Assembly: GCA_951406725.2 (NCBI GenBank)
Contig: OX597814.1
Coordinates: 172,732,001 to 172,796,000, forward strand
From: Octopus vulgaris
Lineage: Eukaryota
Direction: 5' to 3'
DNA length: 64,000 bases
Part shown: positions 14,503-28,622 of the stretch, one piece after another
How positions within the stretch are numbered: the first letter of the stretch is position 1
How the letters are laid out: the number at the start of each line of letters is the position of its first letter
The notes under the pieces: generated by a model
What the model was told of the DNA's origin: nothing
The model's input: the letters and a program-made list of their open reading frames with translations, nothing else
Databases searched by the model: none
Made by a program: the position numbers and the translations under genes

Positions 14503-14830
14503 TTTCTCCTATTCATTAGTGTAGCTCGTGTACGAAGTGCATTCACCCAACGTAAGATTGTATTACGGGTGGAAACAACCTGATTTCGATGAATGTCGAA
14601 GTGGCGCCGAAACTCACTCTGAACTACTGTGACAGACTCATTATTATTCACGTAAATGCCGTAGGTAAACAGGCAATGCTCTATCGACCACAGTGCCATG
14701 GCTTCACCTGAAAAGGAAAAAATGGTAAGACACCACAGACCGAATGGTACCTGTCGGACATATGTCCCTCTCTCTGGGGCTTAGTAATAGCCATTTCAAA
14801 AACGTCCATTCCTTTCTGCTCTACCCTGTA
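14503..14830 (-). mobile_element. 5' part of the same Tc1/mariner element (N-terminal HTH, DUF4817-like) with left TIR, inverted
   Basis: ORF 14454-14699 MALWSIEH..NNESVTVVQSEFRRHFDIHRNQVVSTRNTILRWVNALRT; TIR ttcaaaaacgtccattcctttctgctctaccctgTA ending at ~14830. Confidence 0.85.
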
Positions 14831-16198
14831 TAATATACCAAATAGCATAAATCTAATTAGATCCCCAGCTAGCAAGCAAACATCTTGCAAGCCAACTAAC
14901 CAACCACACCAGACAGACGTCACCCCACCATTAGCCACCCAGTCAGTCAACAACCACCACCGTTTATTGATCTTACGAATCCAGAAGTCACGGCACCCGT
15001 TTCTTTCCTTTTCTTTCTCTTTTTTCTTTCATCTGTATGAAACGGCACACCTCCACAACCGTACATGAATGCCGTTCCCCACCCCCATTTGAAGATTATC
15101 TTTTTATTCTACTCTACTCTACTCTAGCTTCGTTAATCCTGTTTGGTAGAGATTTACCACAAGAGAATTAAGGTCTGCAGACTTAGTAGCGTGTTTAATA
15201 AATCTTGTATTAGAACGTGTTTCTCTTAGAGAGTGAGAGAGAGTGAGCGAGAGAGAGCGAGAGAAAGGGAGAAAGAGTAATTGAGGGAGAGAGAGAAAGA
15301 GAGAGAGAGAGAGATTGAAGCTGCAACTCCTCCTCCTCCACCTACTACTACTGTTGCTGCTGTTGTTTTTGCTACTACTACTACTACTACTACAGTCTCA
15401 AGTGCAACAGTAGCAACAACAACAGTAATAACAGCAGCAGTAGTAGCAACATCTAAGCAGCAGCAGCAACGGAAGCTGCAGGACATCAGCAACAGCAACA
15501 GTCGCAGTAATGTCGATGCCATCGGCAGAAACGTGAGAAATTTGACAAGGAAGATGAAGACGACGACGACGACGGCGACGACGAAGACGACGATGGTGAT
15601 GAACAGACAGACGGTTCTATGATCAAAGGAGAGTTTTATTCACGATCGTCCCATCTTTGTTTAAATGTACAAATACATCCAGAAATTATAGTATTCTTGA
15701 TACACAATTTTCCTCCTGATATTTTCAAGGTAACGGGATGCTATTTCTAGCAAGTAAAGTAAGCACTTTCTTGGCGACGGTGGCAGTAATGGTAGTGATG
15801 GGTTTGAAGATGGTGACGACGGATAATGATGAGGATAAAAAAGGTAATAATCAGGGGCAAGAAGGGAAGTGGGATTAAGAACTTTGTTTTTCAACCACGT
15901 GGTTTTCGGTTCAATCCCATCGTGTAGCACATAATGGGCAAGGACCTTCTGTTACGTTTTGAGTAACGTTTTAAATTAACGATCTTAACCTTATTTATAT
16001 AAATTTAAATTTATTTCGTCACTGTATTTACTGCGGAGATATTTTGACCATATCTCACATGGAATTAAGCGGCGGGAATTTTGAACTGGCCATGATGCAT
16101 ACGTGCATATATATGTGGGTATACGTTCGTATATGTAAGTATTCATATGTTGTATTTATACATATATATATATGTATTTATGTTTCTCTTCTGTGTGT

Positions 16199-16256
16199 AT
16201 TCTACTGACGAGGCAAAGCATTCATAAATGCAAAGTCAGAAATCCGGATCTAGAAT
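16199..16256 (+). ncRNA. Minimal type-I hammerhead ribozyme motif
   Basis: ATTCTA-CTGACGA-ggc..gcatt/aatgc..gtc-a-GAAA-TCCGGA-TC-TAGAAT: 6-bp stem I, palindromic stem III, AUC cleavage triplet. The tail ends at (AT)n ~16404. Confidence 0.8.
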
Positions 16257-16403
16257 TATCCAGTCATTTTTTACTAGTTTCATCTTGTCTCTTTGTTTTC
16301 TCTCTGTGTTGATATATAGACAAGTAAGGTGGTTTTAGAGTCAGATCATGGCTGCTATTTTCAGCATGGTGGTATCTTGTAGATACCTTGATTTATAATT
16401 TTA

Positions 16404-16488
<85 letters not shown>

Positions 16489-18654
16489 TACGACGGGCTT
16501 TTTGTTTCCGTCTACCAAATCCACTCACAAGGCTTCGGTCGGCCCGAGGCTATAGTAATAAACACTTACCCAAGGTGACACGCAGTGAGACTTACCACAC
16601 AGCCACTCCTACGCCTATGTTCATTTACATATGATATAATCTATTATGTTTGTTTTGGCTACGTATCCGGGCAACTTTGTTGCCTTTCTTTCCAGTTCGA
16701 GTCGTTTCCCCTTGTTTCCCCAATTACCACACTGATAACTGAGAAACGAAAACGTCCAGGAACGACTGCGAATACACCGATCACTAACTACGTTTTCCAT
16801 TCAATAGCTTCAGCTTATTTCTCATGCTTTTATCCATCGATTTCGCATTCTTCCTTACCTTCATCTTTTTGTGAAGCGGGGTTCAAATTTTATGGCCACT
16901 TTTATCTCAGTTTATTTTAAATATGCTTTCTCTCCTTTTCATTTATTTCATTCTTTATATGTATTTAATTTTGTAAGATTGTTTTTCAGTTTACAAATAC
17001 CCAGCTTGTTGTGTTGCCGTCGTGTCATAGGATTCAATATATGTTATTTAAGAAGAAGAAATATTCGCCGAACTTTGTAAAAGTTTGGTGACAGGTAGAT
17101 TACACAACGACCCTGCTAGTATCCGGTGTACCTGAGATTAAAAGTTATCTCTTGTTATGCAGATCAGTTGCTCTAGCAAGCATGAAGTTGTTTCCTTTTA
17201 CATTCCAGGAGATTGAGCTGGCTGTTATAGAAGATAGAGATATTTCTACCCTGATATCAAGATGGAAGAAGCTTTTTATTTATTTATATATTTATTTGTT
17301 CATTTTCGTTTTTGAATAATTAAAGTGAGGCTGTGCGATGAAATTTAGCCTCGTGTTCATTTCAAATATTGAATGCTTGATCGACAACCAGATGATATGG
17401 ATTTATGGATTTTGAAACACAACTTTTATCAAGTGTTTAAAGCCATTTTTTGCGAACACTCTTATATTCGATCATTTTTGTTTCATCGCATGGTAAAACT
17501 CAGTTGCTTTTTCGTTATGATATCTAAGAAATTAATCAAGTATGCACTTAGCAGACTCCATTCTCTGTTGTGTATGTAGTGTGGTGCAAGATAAACCTGT
17601 TTTCTCTTGCACCGCATTTAAGTTAGATCAGAGAATGAAAGCTGTTTGATGCATATATCAGTTTGAATAAATCGCCAGCCGAATAATCTTTATGCAAATC
17701 GAATAAATCAGTGGGGTATACTCACAAAAATTAGGGACCGTATAATGTAATATCTTCCGCGATCTAGATACGTTCCTGAAAAATATAGTGCTAAAAGAAA
17801 TGACACTATGAGGAATCATTATAACATAGCATAAATAGAGATAAAGTTATTTTTATCAGTGATACAAGCGCAAACTAAGGTAATAGATACTACTAAATCC
17901 ACAGACTCTGTGTCGCTCCCCCAAACACTCAATAGCATTAGATAACTTCACACAAGATGATTCGCATTTTGATTTAAAATAGTGATAAAATTAGAAAAAG
18001 TTTAATTAAGACCTAATGTTATAAAATTAGGAATCAGTTTAATTACTGTTATAAAATTATGAAACAGGTTAATTAATGTTATCAAATTATGAAATAGGTT
18101 AATCAACTTCTATTTTGCATGAACAGACCTAGTCACCATTTATTCAGTTGAAAAACAACGCTGACAAAGAAAGAAGACTGAAATTACTATATCTGGGATA
18201 AGTGTACAGTCTGAGGTCTTGCTTGCACATATGATCAGCCTTCGAAGAATGCATCGAACAATGCATTGAAGAATGCTGTAAATGTTTGTATTTATTTATT
18301 TGGTTTTTAGTTTTCTCTCACGAAAGAGTCCGGCCTGTTACCGTGAAGTGCCTCACGAGATGATCTAGAAGATTTTCAATCATCAACAATACTTTGGCTT
18401 CAAGGATATGTCCTACTCTATAACTTTTCGCTGCTAGACAACTATGTGAAACAAAACCACTTCGTGAAAATTTCTGGTGTCAATCTGGCCTTCTTACATG
18501 ATTTTTCAAACGGCAGGCAATGGTGTAGCTAGTATGCGACACGATGGGAACGGTCTGTCCTGAGTGATGATCATATAGGGCGTTATTTCTGGATGTGTTG
18601 TATAAGCTTGCACAGGCTTGCGAGAGAGGGATTGGGAACGGCAAACATGATCTA

Positions 18655-18950
18655 GCTATATCTGGGGTTCAGAGGTCCACAGCTCTTCAATATCCTCCCG
18701 AAAGACCTCAGAGACCTGCCTGGGGTAGATGTAGGTGTTTTCAAAATAAAGCTGGACCTCTTCCTGTCAGGTGTCCCACATGAACCAATTTCGCGGCAGG
18801 AGGTACAGATGAGGGCAGCTGCATCAAACTCCCTCATGCACCAAATGTCAATTGCTAAAAAGCATTCGTGAAGTAAAATTATGTGGCAACACCAAATGGC
18901 GGTGTCCCAGTATGGTCACAGCTCGTGAGCTCAAGCTAGATGAAATTTTA
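18655..18950 (+). mobile_element. CR1/L2-group LINE 3' fragment
   Basis: Homologous to the reverse complement of 2133-2420 (LGFRGPQLFNILP..GVFKIKLDLFLSGVP). Confidence 0.8.
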
Positions 18951-19478
18951 AAAAATAAATATAAATATAAATATACCGCTGATAACAGGCGGATATTTGA
19001 TAATTTTTTTCACTGATGGGTGGTGCTTTTAAAAGATAAACACACATTGATTACTGTGTCCAGTTTCTTGAATTATTACCAGCTTGTAGCAATGCTAAAT
19101 GGTCGTTTTGTGCTTGAAGCTAGAACTGTTAGTGTTTCAGCACCTATGATAACTTTAAACTTTGAAGAAGCATGCCACTTTTCACTCAACTTGTGTGAAA
19201 AACGTGTATGTATGTAGGATCACATACAAACGAAGATGATCTCAAAGGCATGAAGGACAATGTAAGGACAAAGAGGGGATTGCAACTTTGGTTCTTCTTC
19301 CATTTAACTTCAGAAATTGTGTCGCACGTATCACGTGTATTTGCTTGTTATTTTGGAAAAGCGAGAAGTATTGTATTGATTCTGCATCAACGAAATGACC
19401 AAGGAATTAGAAAAATAAAAAAAACTGGACGCAATTGTTGGCTGTCTATTTGCGCTACGAATGTTAATGAGAAATATG

Positions 19479-19727
19479 TTTCTTTATTAGTCACACATGG
19501 TTGAACACAGACGGGACAAATTACAAAGCAGAGCTTTTCTTTTTTGGGGAAGAAAAGTGGGGTAGGTTTTTGATCAAAAGGGATCGTTAAAAGGAAAGAA
19601 AAAAAAGACCGATCAATAGGGATCGTGTATTACAGAAATGTCATGATGTAAAGTGTAAAGGGGGAAACAGATAAGGTTTATCCGTGGAAAGAAAAGCCTA
19701 CGGAAAAGACCACGGTAACCTCGGTCA
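19479..19727 (-). mobile_element. Retroposon 3' tail (LINE 3' UTR-like)
   Basis: Reverse complement matches 24225-24456 (gacatttctgt..gatccctattgatc..aagaaaagctct..gtaatttgtcc..ctaataaagaaa). Confidence 0.65.
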
Positions 19728-20429
19728 TTAATGTCACATGTTAACACAGCAAGTAAGTATCTCTGTTTTAAATTTTGCCGGGTTCATAGGATGATGCTCA
19801 AGGTGGCTTCGTCATTCATACGTGCCATCCTTGCTACATTCATCCATCTTTTTTTGAAACATTCGCAAGACAAAACTTGCCCCTCTACTTTCACTTTCTT
19901 TTTCAAGTGTTACTTGAAATAATTATGAAACATGAAAACGATTAACGATTAACTATTCTTCTACACGCAACAGCCTCCACTGCGAATCAATCCCATAATT
20001 CGTTCATTCTGTCTTTTTGATTCCCCTTTCTATTCTCGTTCAATTCCTCCCCTGTATAAGCCGTTAGTTTCTTCCTTCACTTTGTTTGTGTACCCTCTTA
20101 GTAAGTATTGTAGGTGTTGTTTCCTTTGTGTCTTAACGACAGACCCCACCTGTATGTGCATATATCACGTATATATACAAGTATAAATGTGTGTGTGTGT
20201 GTGCACGTGTGAGCGTGATGGTGTGTGTGTATGTGTAATTATGTATTTTCGTAATACATAAACACACACAGAGACACGTGAAAAGAGGTAGAGGAAGAGT
20301 AAAAAGTTGAGACCACTGGAAGTGAAGGGACACAGCTATTCTGCTCTCTGATGAATCGTCCTTAAACGAAACAGAACAAGACCTGTTACATTCGTCTATC
20401 ATCAAATAAATCAATATGTTTATATATAC

Positions 20430-20782
20430 TTTTACTTGTTTCAGTCATTTGACTGCGGCCATGCTGGAGCACCGCCTTTAGTACTTATTCTATCGTTCTT
20501 TTTTGCCGAACCGCTAATTTACGGGACGTAAGCACACCAGTATCGGTTATCAAGCGATGTTGGGGGACAAACATAGACACACAAACACACACACACACAT
20601 ACACATACATACACATATATACGACGGGCTTCTTTCAGTTTCCTTCTACCAAATCCACTCACAAGGCTTTGGTCGGCTCGAGGCTATAGTAGAAGACATT
20701 TGCCCAAAGTGCCACGCAATGGAACTGAACTCTGAACCATGTGGCTGGTAAGCAAGCTACTTACCACACAGTCAAACGTGCG

Positions 20783-20785
<3 letters not shown>
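20430..20785 (-). mobile_element. Composite SINE family B (head, internal microsatellite, tail)
   Basis: Head and tail joined by a (TG/TA) tract; same layout at 37032-37392(-) and 48168-49275(+, interrupted). Confidence 0.8.
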
Positions 20786-20865
<80 letters not shown>

Positions 20866-20926
20866 GAGTATAACTCCAAACTTATACGGAATAATTCAAT
20901 TTAGTATTAAATCAAATTTCACAATA

Positions 20927-21439
20927 TCTATATATATAAAACTGTAGTTGTGTGAGTGTCTGTCCCCTTCGATTTAGATTCCTAACTACTCCCACATTTT
21001 GCGGTGCAGTTTAACCAAATTCGGGTATCTTATAGTCATGATTCATATCGAGCCCGTCTGGGTATTAGCGCGCGTCTACGATGAGTCTACAATTTTAAAA
21101 ATAATTTAACATCATTTTTTATTTCATTTTAATGCATAATTTTTCGTGTGTCGATGGCGGCGGATTTGGCGTCCACGCTCACATCTGCACCTGTTTGCTT
21201 CTCCCCCTTCTTCCCTCCCTCGTGAAGCTGTGGGGAAGGGAGTGTAAGGAAATCAACGTCGTAAAGCGTTGTCAAGGAGACCAGCGTTCTTTTAGAACAA
21301 CGACTTCATGGCTTGAAGACACCAAAACAGAAATGGCTAAGAAAGCCCGAATTGGCATCTATAAGGGAAGTAACTCTCTAAAAATGCTTATATAGTTATT
21401 TCCCTTACAAACCCGAGCAACGCCGGGCGATACTGCTAG
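20927..21439 (+). mobile_element. Non-autonomous Helitron
   Basis: A|TC...CTAG|T termini, hairpin cccgagcaacgccggg; 5' and 3' ends shared with 7849-8243. Confidence 0.85.
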
Positions 21440-21713
21440 TAAATATATAAAATATAAATTAGAGATAAAATTTTATTGTAATTCGAATTTAATTGTAGCG
21501 ATGAAACGTACGTATTTCTTTTTTACTTATTATATATATATTCATTATTCATTTTTATACTTTTTGAGATCTAGCTACATGTTTTATAAAAATATATTTT
21601 ATTTGTTAATTATGTTTTGCTTTATGTCTATCACTGTTTGAGTTGCATGATAGTGGTTTTATCTCTAATTTATATTATATACTTATATATATACACATAT
21701 ATATATATGCATG

Positions 21714-21784
<71 letters not shown>

Positions 21785-21812
21785 GAGAAAGAAGCAACAA
21801 GAATTGATTAGT

Positions 21813-21903
21813 TTTTAGTACAATTGTTTCATACAAAGACAGGCTTTATTACAAGTTGCAAAAATTGCAGCAGATAAAAGTGTCCCGTACTCATCAGCTG
21901 AAA
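21813..21903 (-). ncRNA. Minimal type-I hammerhead ribozyme motif
   Basis: Minus strand: tttcag-CTGATGA-gtacgggaca...tgtctttgtat-GAAAC-AATT-GTA-ctaaaa; palindromic ACAATTGT stem III; one stem-I mismatch. Confidence 0.7.
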
Positions 21904-22171
21904 TACATTTGAGTTCTCTAGACATCTTAGTGGGTGAGATTATACTCATGAAATATTGGAGATAGTTCCATTAGAGGCAGATATAGGTTGTACACAGTTT
22001 TCCAAAGTTCCTTAATGATGATGCACAGTCTTATCACAGATTTTTAAAAACTTATTAGTTTCGAAGAGAAGATTACTGTATGGTTAACACCATATAGTTT
22101 TTCTGGTGCATCTAAGTTAAGTACCACATTCAGGTAAATTCATTGGAATTTACTTGAATCTTAATTGCTTT

Positions 22172-22262
<91 letters not shown>

Positions 22263-23157
22263 TTATGTATGTATGTATATATATATATATCGATCACTCT
22301 CTGTCTCACATTCGAGCTTTTACTCTCCATTTCTAGCTCTGTCCCATCACGACTCTTTCTTTCTCTGTTTCTCTGTTTGCATATGTTTCTCCGTTCCCCT
22401 TTTACCATGCCAACAGTCTATCTCGTGCTCATCTTCCATCTGCTCTTCTACTTTCCCTAACTCTTTTCTATAATAATAATAACGCTTATATATATATATA
22501 TATCCAATCCAACCTCTTACGGACTAAAATTCAACATTGTAACGTGTAACGTGTAACGTGTAACGTGTAAATCCGATTGTTTTTACTTCGGCTTTAAGAG
22601 TGAACCTTTTATCTGTAGTGATTTCTTCTCGAATCCTCTTGCAATCCCCAACGGAGCAAAAATAAATAAATTAAATAGGAATAAGATGAATTAAAGTAAA
22701 TATATTGATTGAGATATTAAATTCCAATGAAACTTGTCGGCTTATCTCAGATGAAAGATAAAGCGACTCGCAATTGATTTCTTTTGTATTTCTTTTCATG
22801 TCTTTTTATTATTTCTTTCTTATATTTATTTTGTTTTCATTTCTGGTCTATGTTATGTTCCTTTTTTTTTGTCTCTTATTTCTTTTCCGTTCTGTTTCCT
22901 TTCGTTTCTTACATTTTTTTTTTTGGTTTGCTTTTTTTTTTTGTGACTTTTTCCTAATTTCTTTTTTTATATTTATATATTATTCTTATGATTATTAGAT
23001 TTTTTTTTAGTTTTTGGTTTTTGTTTTATCTTTAATCTCTGGAGACGGAAGCAAAACAAATTGTTCTTTTAAATGAAACTTGACATGCATATATTTAATC
23101 ATTGATGGCGAGAATAGAGTAGACTTTAGAAAGATAGAGAGATAGAGAGATAGAGAG

Positions 23158-23250
<93 letters not shown>

Positions 23251-23324
23251 TACATATATGCATATGCGCGAAAAACAGATCTAGAGAGAATATTTAAATA
23301 TTAAATGATACACAACAGGATACA

Positions 23325-23356
<32 letters not shown>

Positions 23357-23389
23357 TTAATATATATACGATGGGAAAGCTTCTGAGAG

Positions 23390-23451
<62 letters not shown>

Positions 23452-23840
23452 AGAACGAAATAGCGTAAGGTTAAGAGAACGAGACAGTTGGATAGAGAAA
23501 GGGATTTATCTGTTGATCATCATTATTATTATTTTTTAAAATCTGTATCTTTTGTTTTTCTATCATCAGTAACAAACAGTATTGGTCATGTCGTATTTAC
23601 GAAGATACGACTGGAGAAGCCAACAGAACGAATACAACTCCCCTAATGGTATTATAAGCTGTCGATGCGAATAAACAATTATATAGAAATTATTAATCAT
23701 ATAGAGTGTATTAAAAGATGCTGTGTGTTTTTCGTGAGTGATATTAGCCTCCTCTTCCCACTTTGTGTTTCTCTGCCTTCTCTCCCGTTCGCTCTTGCTC
23801 TCTCCCTCTTTTTCTGTACATTTATGCGCAAACGTATCTA

Positions 23841-23933
<93 letters not shown>

Positions 23934-24112
23934 ATATCTATATGTGTGTGTGTGTGTCTGTCTCTCTCTGTGTCTATCTATCTTTTTGTCTGTCTGTCTG
24001 TCTATTTGTCTGTCTGTGTGGCTGTCTATCTATCTATCTAGCTAGCTAGCTAGTTAGCTATCTGTCTGTCTATCTGTCTGTCTGCCTGTCAGTTTATCTG
24101 TCTGCCTGCCTG

Positions 24113-24212
<100 letters not shown>

Positions 24213-24224
24213 CGTCCTCCCCTT

Positions 24225-24456
24225 TACACTTCATATTGACATTTCTGTGATAACGATCCCTATTGATCAATTTTTTTCCTTTCCCTTTCCCCCTCCCTTT
24301 TTTTTAAATTTTATTCCCCCCTTTTTTGTCCTCTTTCTTTCCCTTTACGATCCCTTTTGATCGAAAACCAAACCCCCTAATTTTACCCCCAAAAGAAAAG
24401 CTCTACCTTGTAATTTGTCCTGTCTGTGTGCAGCCCTGTGTGGCTAATAAAGAAAC
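24225..24456 (+). mobile_element. Retroposon 3' tail (same family as 19479-19727)
   Basis: Sequence match to the reverse complement of 19479-19727; inserted next to (CTAT)n. Confidence 0.65.
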
Positions 24457-25534
24457 ATATCTATCTACATGTCTGCCTATCTCAGTTTCTCTCCCTTCTT
24501 GTGCGTGTGTGTATGTGTGCGTATTTGTGTGTGCGTGTGTGTGTGTTTGTATGTGTGTCTGTATGTATGTACGTATGTATGTATGTGTGTGTTTGTGTGT
24601 GTGTGTAGTTTATTTAAGCTGGGCCAGTGACTTGTTACTCTGGAGTTTCCTCAGTATACAGCTGCTCTATCAGAGAAATCAGGCATGCACACAAATATGT
24701 ACGCATGTGCGTGTGTGCGTGTGCTTGTATGTATGTATGTATGTATGTGTGTATGTATGTATGTATGTATATAAGCATGTTTATCACTGAGTCCCCACAG
24801 AAAAAAAAAGCAAGCGAGTTTGTGTGCAAAAAAGTATGTAGTTACATCATTTTAAGCACGTTTCAGTAACCAGAAATGATTGTTAATTATCCAATGTAAA
24901 TCATATAATCTAGTTGCATTGTCAAGTCGTCAGAGATATGTAACTGTCATTCGTAATTTTAAGTATACATAGTGAATTAGTGACAGTGTTGCTATCACAA
25001 ACAGTGTTGCTGCGAGCCAATGCTTTCCATCCCCGTCACTAATACCAACACATATCCTGGCTCTATCATGACGACTTATGAGAACGCTATAATATTAAAC
25101 ACCGTCTCCATTTTTCTCCATATACTTACAGCGTTTCACTTCATCGTAAAAGTAATTGGGGGTGGTGATTAACAGAATCGTTTTGGTGTTGCATAAAATG
25201 TCTTACAGCTCTTTACCTTCTGAGTTCAAATTCCGTCGTGGGGATATTCGACTTTCCTCGATGAAACAAATTATCAGTCAAGCACAGGGATTTATGTAAC
25301 GGACTAACTCTTACCCTAATATCTGATGATTAGCATTACCAGCATCATCAGTATCTTCACAGCTACATGTATCACCATCTACAATCTAAGCGGCCATAAG
25401 TGCTGTACACCATAGGAGTTACCGCTTATCTTGGTTGCCTATAGAAGTAGAGATAGGTATTTAGAGATATGGGCAAATAGGTAGTTAAGTGGATCGATCG
25501 ACCGATAGATAGATAGACAGACAGACAGGCAGAC

Positions 25535-25582
<48 letters not shown>

Positions 25583-25771
25583 AAAAAAAATTCTATAATT
25601 ATGAGCATAATTATAATTAGGGTTCAGCAAAATTTGCTTCACCACATACCGAAATTTAGAAATAGGAGTTAAATACTATTCCAGTACCATAAAATTTCTC
25701 TCTGATAGTAATACTCTACAACTCACGCAGGTAAAGAGAAAAAAAATAACGAATCCACCCGGCTTTGATTA

Positions 25772-25855
25772 ACTGTATACGCGTTTCGGGGTTAAAGAGA
25801 TGTAAAAAGATGTAGAATCATATTTCTACTCACTTGTTCCCTTCATCAGTATAGT
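25772..25855 (-). ncRNA. Minimal type-I hammerhead ribozyme motif
   Basis: Minus strand: actata-CTGATGA-aggg...cccc-GAAAC-GC-GTA-tacagt; palindromic ACGCGT. The tail ends at (AT)n ~25579. Confidence 0.72.
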
Positions 25856-26063
25856 ATTTCAAATTTTAAATTTGAGAGCACTGATAATTAACATACGTAC
25901 TCGACCAAGCGCTATCGAATAGCTTATATCCCAAAACCAGTACTTCCGAAATCAAACAGACGAATGTGATCTCGCATTCCTCCTCAATCACCCACATGTG
26001 CTACGAGTAATTTAACAGAAACTATAGTTTATTATCAGGGAGTGAATGATCATTATATTATAT

Positions 26064-26097
<34 letters not shown>

Positions 26098-26139
26098 TGT
26101 ATGTATGTATGTATGTATGTATGTATGTATGTATGTATG

Positions 26140-26234
<95 letters not shown>

Positions 26235-26944
26235 TGTTCAATAGAATAAATAAGTAAAAAATAGACAGAGGGTACGGACGTACTGATGGATGTAGTAGTA
26301 TGCTGATAGAAAGATGTCCATCATACAACTCGGTCACCCGTATTTTGACCAATAGACACCTGACCTTTTGGGAAACTATTCTGTAATGATAGACAGAGAG
26401 ATTGATAGATAGAATTATGGACAACCTTCAAACTAGTAGTTGAACAATGATTTAGACTGATAGATTAGTTCAGTAAGATTGATTGCATTTATACGTTCGT
26501 ATTTATATACTAGTTGTGTGTTTGAATTTATGTATGTATGTGTATGTGTATTTGTATGAAAATGAATAGTTGCATATGTATATATATGCACGTTAGATTG
26601 TAGTTTTATTTATTTGCCAGAATGCGTGTATGAATGCGTATATGTATGCACGTGTCTGAGTTATATATACATTTGTATGCATGCTTTTTATATTTGCAGA
26701 AATGTTATCGACCGTCTGGTTTCGGGCTCAGTTCCACTGCGTGACACTTGGAAGTAGAACCTTCTACTATAGCCAATGTCCTCGGACTATTTACTCTTTG
26801 GTGACCGTAACGGATTCCTGATTCCCAGAAGGAAGGAAGGTGTGTAGCGTGTGATCGTCGCATTGAACAAGACAGAGAAAGTTGAGCAGAGAATCTGTAT
26901 CAGATTCACTCCTATAGGAGTGAATCTAATACAGATTCTCTGCT

Positions 26945-27301
26945 ATTTTATTGCAAGACAACGCTAGACCACACATTGAAAAAAATGACATTGGCGAAAC
27001 TACATGATTTCGAGTTGGAAGTTCTCCATCATCCACCATACTCACCTGATCTTGCCCCCACTGACTAGAATTTGGATAACTTTATTATAGGAAAAAACTT
27101 TAATTCCGATGACGCTGTAAAACAGGCCTTCCAAGATTTTATTGACACTAGACATTGACAGTTCCGGGCTGGATAAGCTACCGCTGAAAGGGCAAAAGTG
27201 TATTGACAATATGGGTGCATACATTGAAGAATAAAACTATTTCTTGTATTTATAAAACATTAGCAAACTTTTTCTTTTCTACACATTTCATACTTGACGA
27301 C

Positions 27302-27306
<5 letters not shown>
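26945..27306 (+). mobile_element. Mariner transposase 3' relic
   Basis: ILLQDNARPH, HPPYSPDLAPTD, DDAVKQAFQDFID, GLDKLPLKGQKCIDNMGAYIEE*; ends at a TA tract. Confidence 0.85.
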
Positions 27307-27379
<73 letters not shown>

Positions 27380-27439
27380 CACACACACACAAACATACAT
27401 ATAAATGTTCATATATGAGTATATTATATTATACTACAT

Positions 27440-27720
27440 TGTTCCTTCTCGAGCCATCCCTGGCTCATAAGGGCCAGTTTACTGGTTTCCCTGGCTTATA
27501 GGTTACCACCTGGACGGGACGAGCTGCAAGACGCAGGAGGAAAGAGTGAGAGAAAGTTGTGGCGAAAGAGTCAGCAGAAGTTCGCCATTACCTTCTGCCG
27601 GAGCCACGTGGAGCTTAGGTATTTCATTCATAAACACACACATCGCCTGGTCTGAGATTCGAACCCGCGATCCTTCGACCCCGAGTACGCTGCTCTAACC
27701 AGTCGGCCATGTGCCACCAC
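27440..27720 (-). mobile_element. tRNA-derived SINE family C
   Basis: Homologous to 43826-44134; B-box GGTTCGAATC on the minus strand. A further head lies at ~28915-29077(-), fused to a different body. Confidence 0.75.
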
Positions 27721-28461
27721 GTAATACTATATTACATAGCATTTCATTATATTATATCATTATTTTAATTTCTGAATTACTTTGACTCTAAGTCACAAAT
27801 ATATTCGTAAATACACGTTCATGTTATGTTTTGCCGCCCGTTTTTGAAACTTAATATTTGCTCCTTCGTTTCTCTCTCTCTCTCTTTCCCTCTCTCTTCC
27901 TCTCTCTCTCCCCCTATCTCTCTCTGTATCAGGCCTGTATCATTATTCAATAAATCTGTCGCATGTGGCTACCATGTCTCAAAAGTTGAGTGAAAACATA
28001 AAGGAGCTCTCATTAGCTTGCATTATTAAGGCTTTGAATGACGTTGTTCTCGTTGCTTTACTGGGGAATTTTTAAGCTACAGGTCATGAATAACCGAGCA
28101 GTCCTGTGATCAAAGACATTCCAACTGTAGAGAAATGCTTTTTTGGGGAGGTGGGGATCGAGAAGAATAGATATTTTACACTCAGGACTGCATTATCGAA
28201 TCCGTCTTTTTTTAAAATCGTCCGGGAGCAATTTCAGGAATATTCTGTCACGTAGTTCTTCTTCGTTAGCTCGCTAACCGATACATTCAGTTTAAATAAT
28301 ATCAGCATCAGTAAATGCGTATGCGGATATATTGGAAGACACAAACGAAACATATTACTCGAAGTGAGCTACAGAGGATTGCATTTCTAGAGTGAAAGAA
28401 TTGGTGTCTGTGCTGAATGCGATGTCAAGGAATATAGAAGCGGCTACTGTCATTGCTATCT

Positions 28462-28622
28462 CTTCTTCTTCTTCTTCTTCTTCTTCTTCTTCTTCTTCTT
28501 CTTCTTCTTCTTCTTCTTCTTCTTCTTCTTCTTCTTCTTCTTCTTCTTCTTCTTCTTCTTCTTCTTCTTCTTCTTCTTCTTCTTCTTCTTCTTCTTCTTC
28601 TTCTTCTTCTTCTTCTTCTTCT
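28462..28622. repeat. (CTT)n trinucleotide microsatellite
   Basis: About 160 bp of pure tct/ctt repeat; the source of the poly-E/S/R/L ORFs. Confidence 0.97.

Noticed and set aside
15226-15622. Thr/Gln/Pro-rich ORF resembling a transcription-factor low-complexity region
   Set aside because: Mosaic of trinucleotide repeats with no domain or clear splice context; could be UTR but is unsupported.
22538-22570. (TGTAACG)n short direct repeats as CRISPR-like or regulatory array
   Set aside because: Simple 7-bp tandem repeat without spacers; eukaryotic context and no cas genes.
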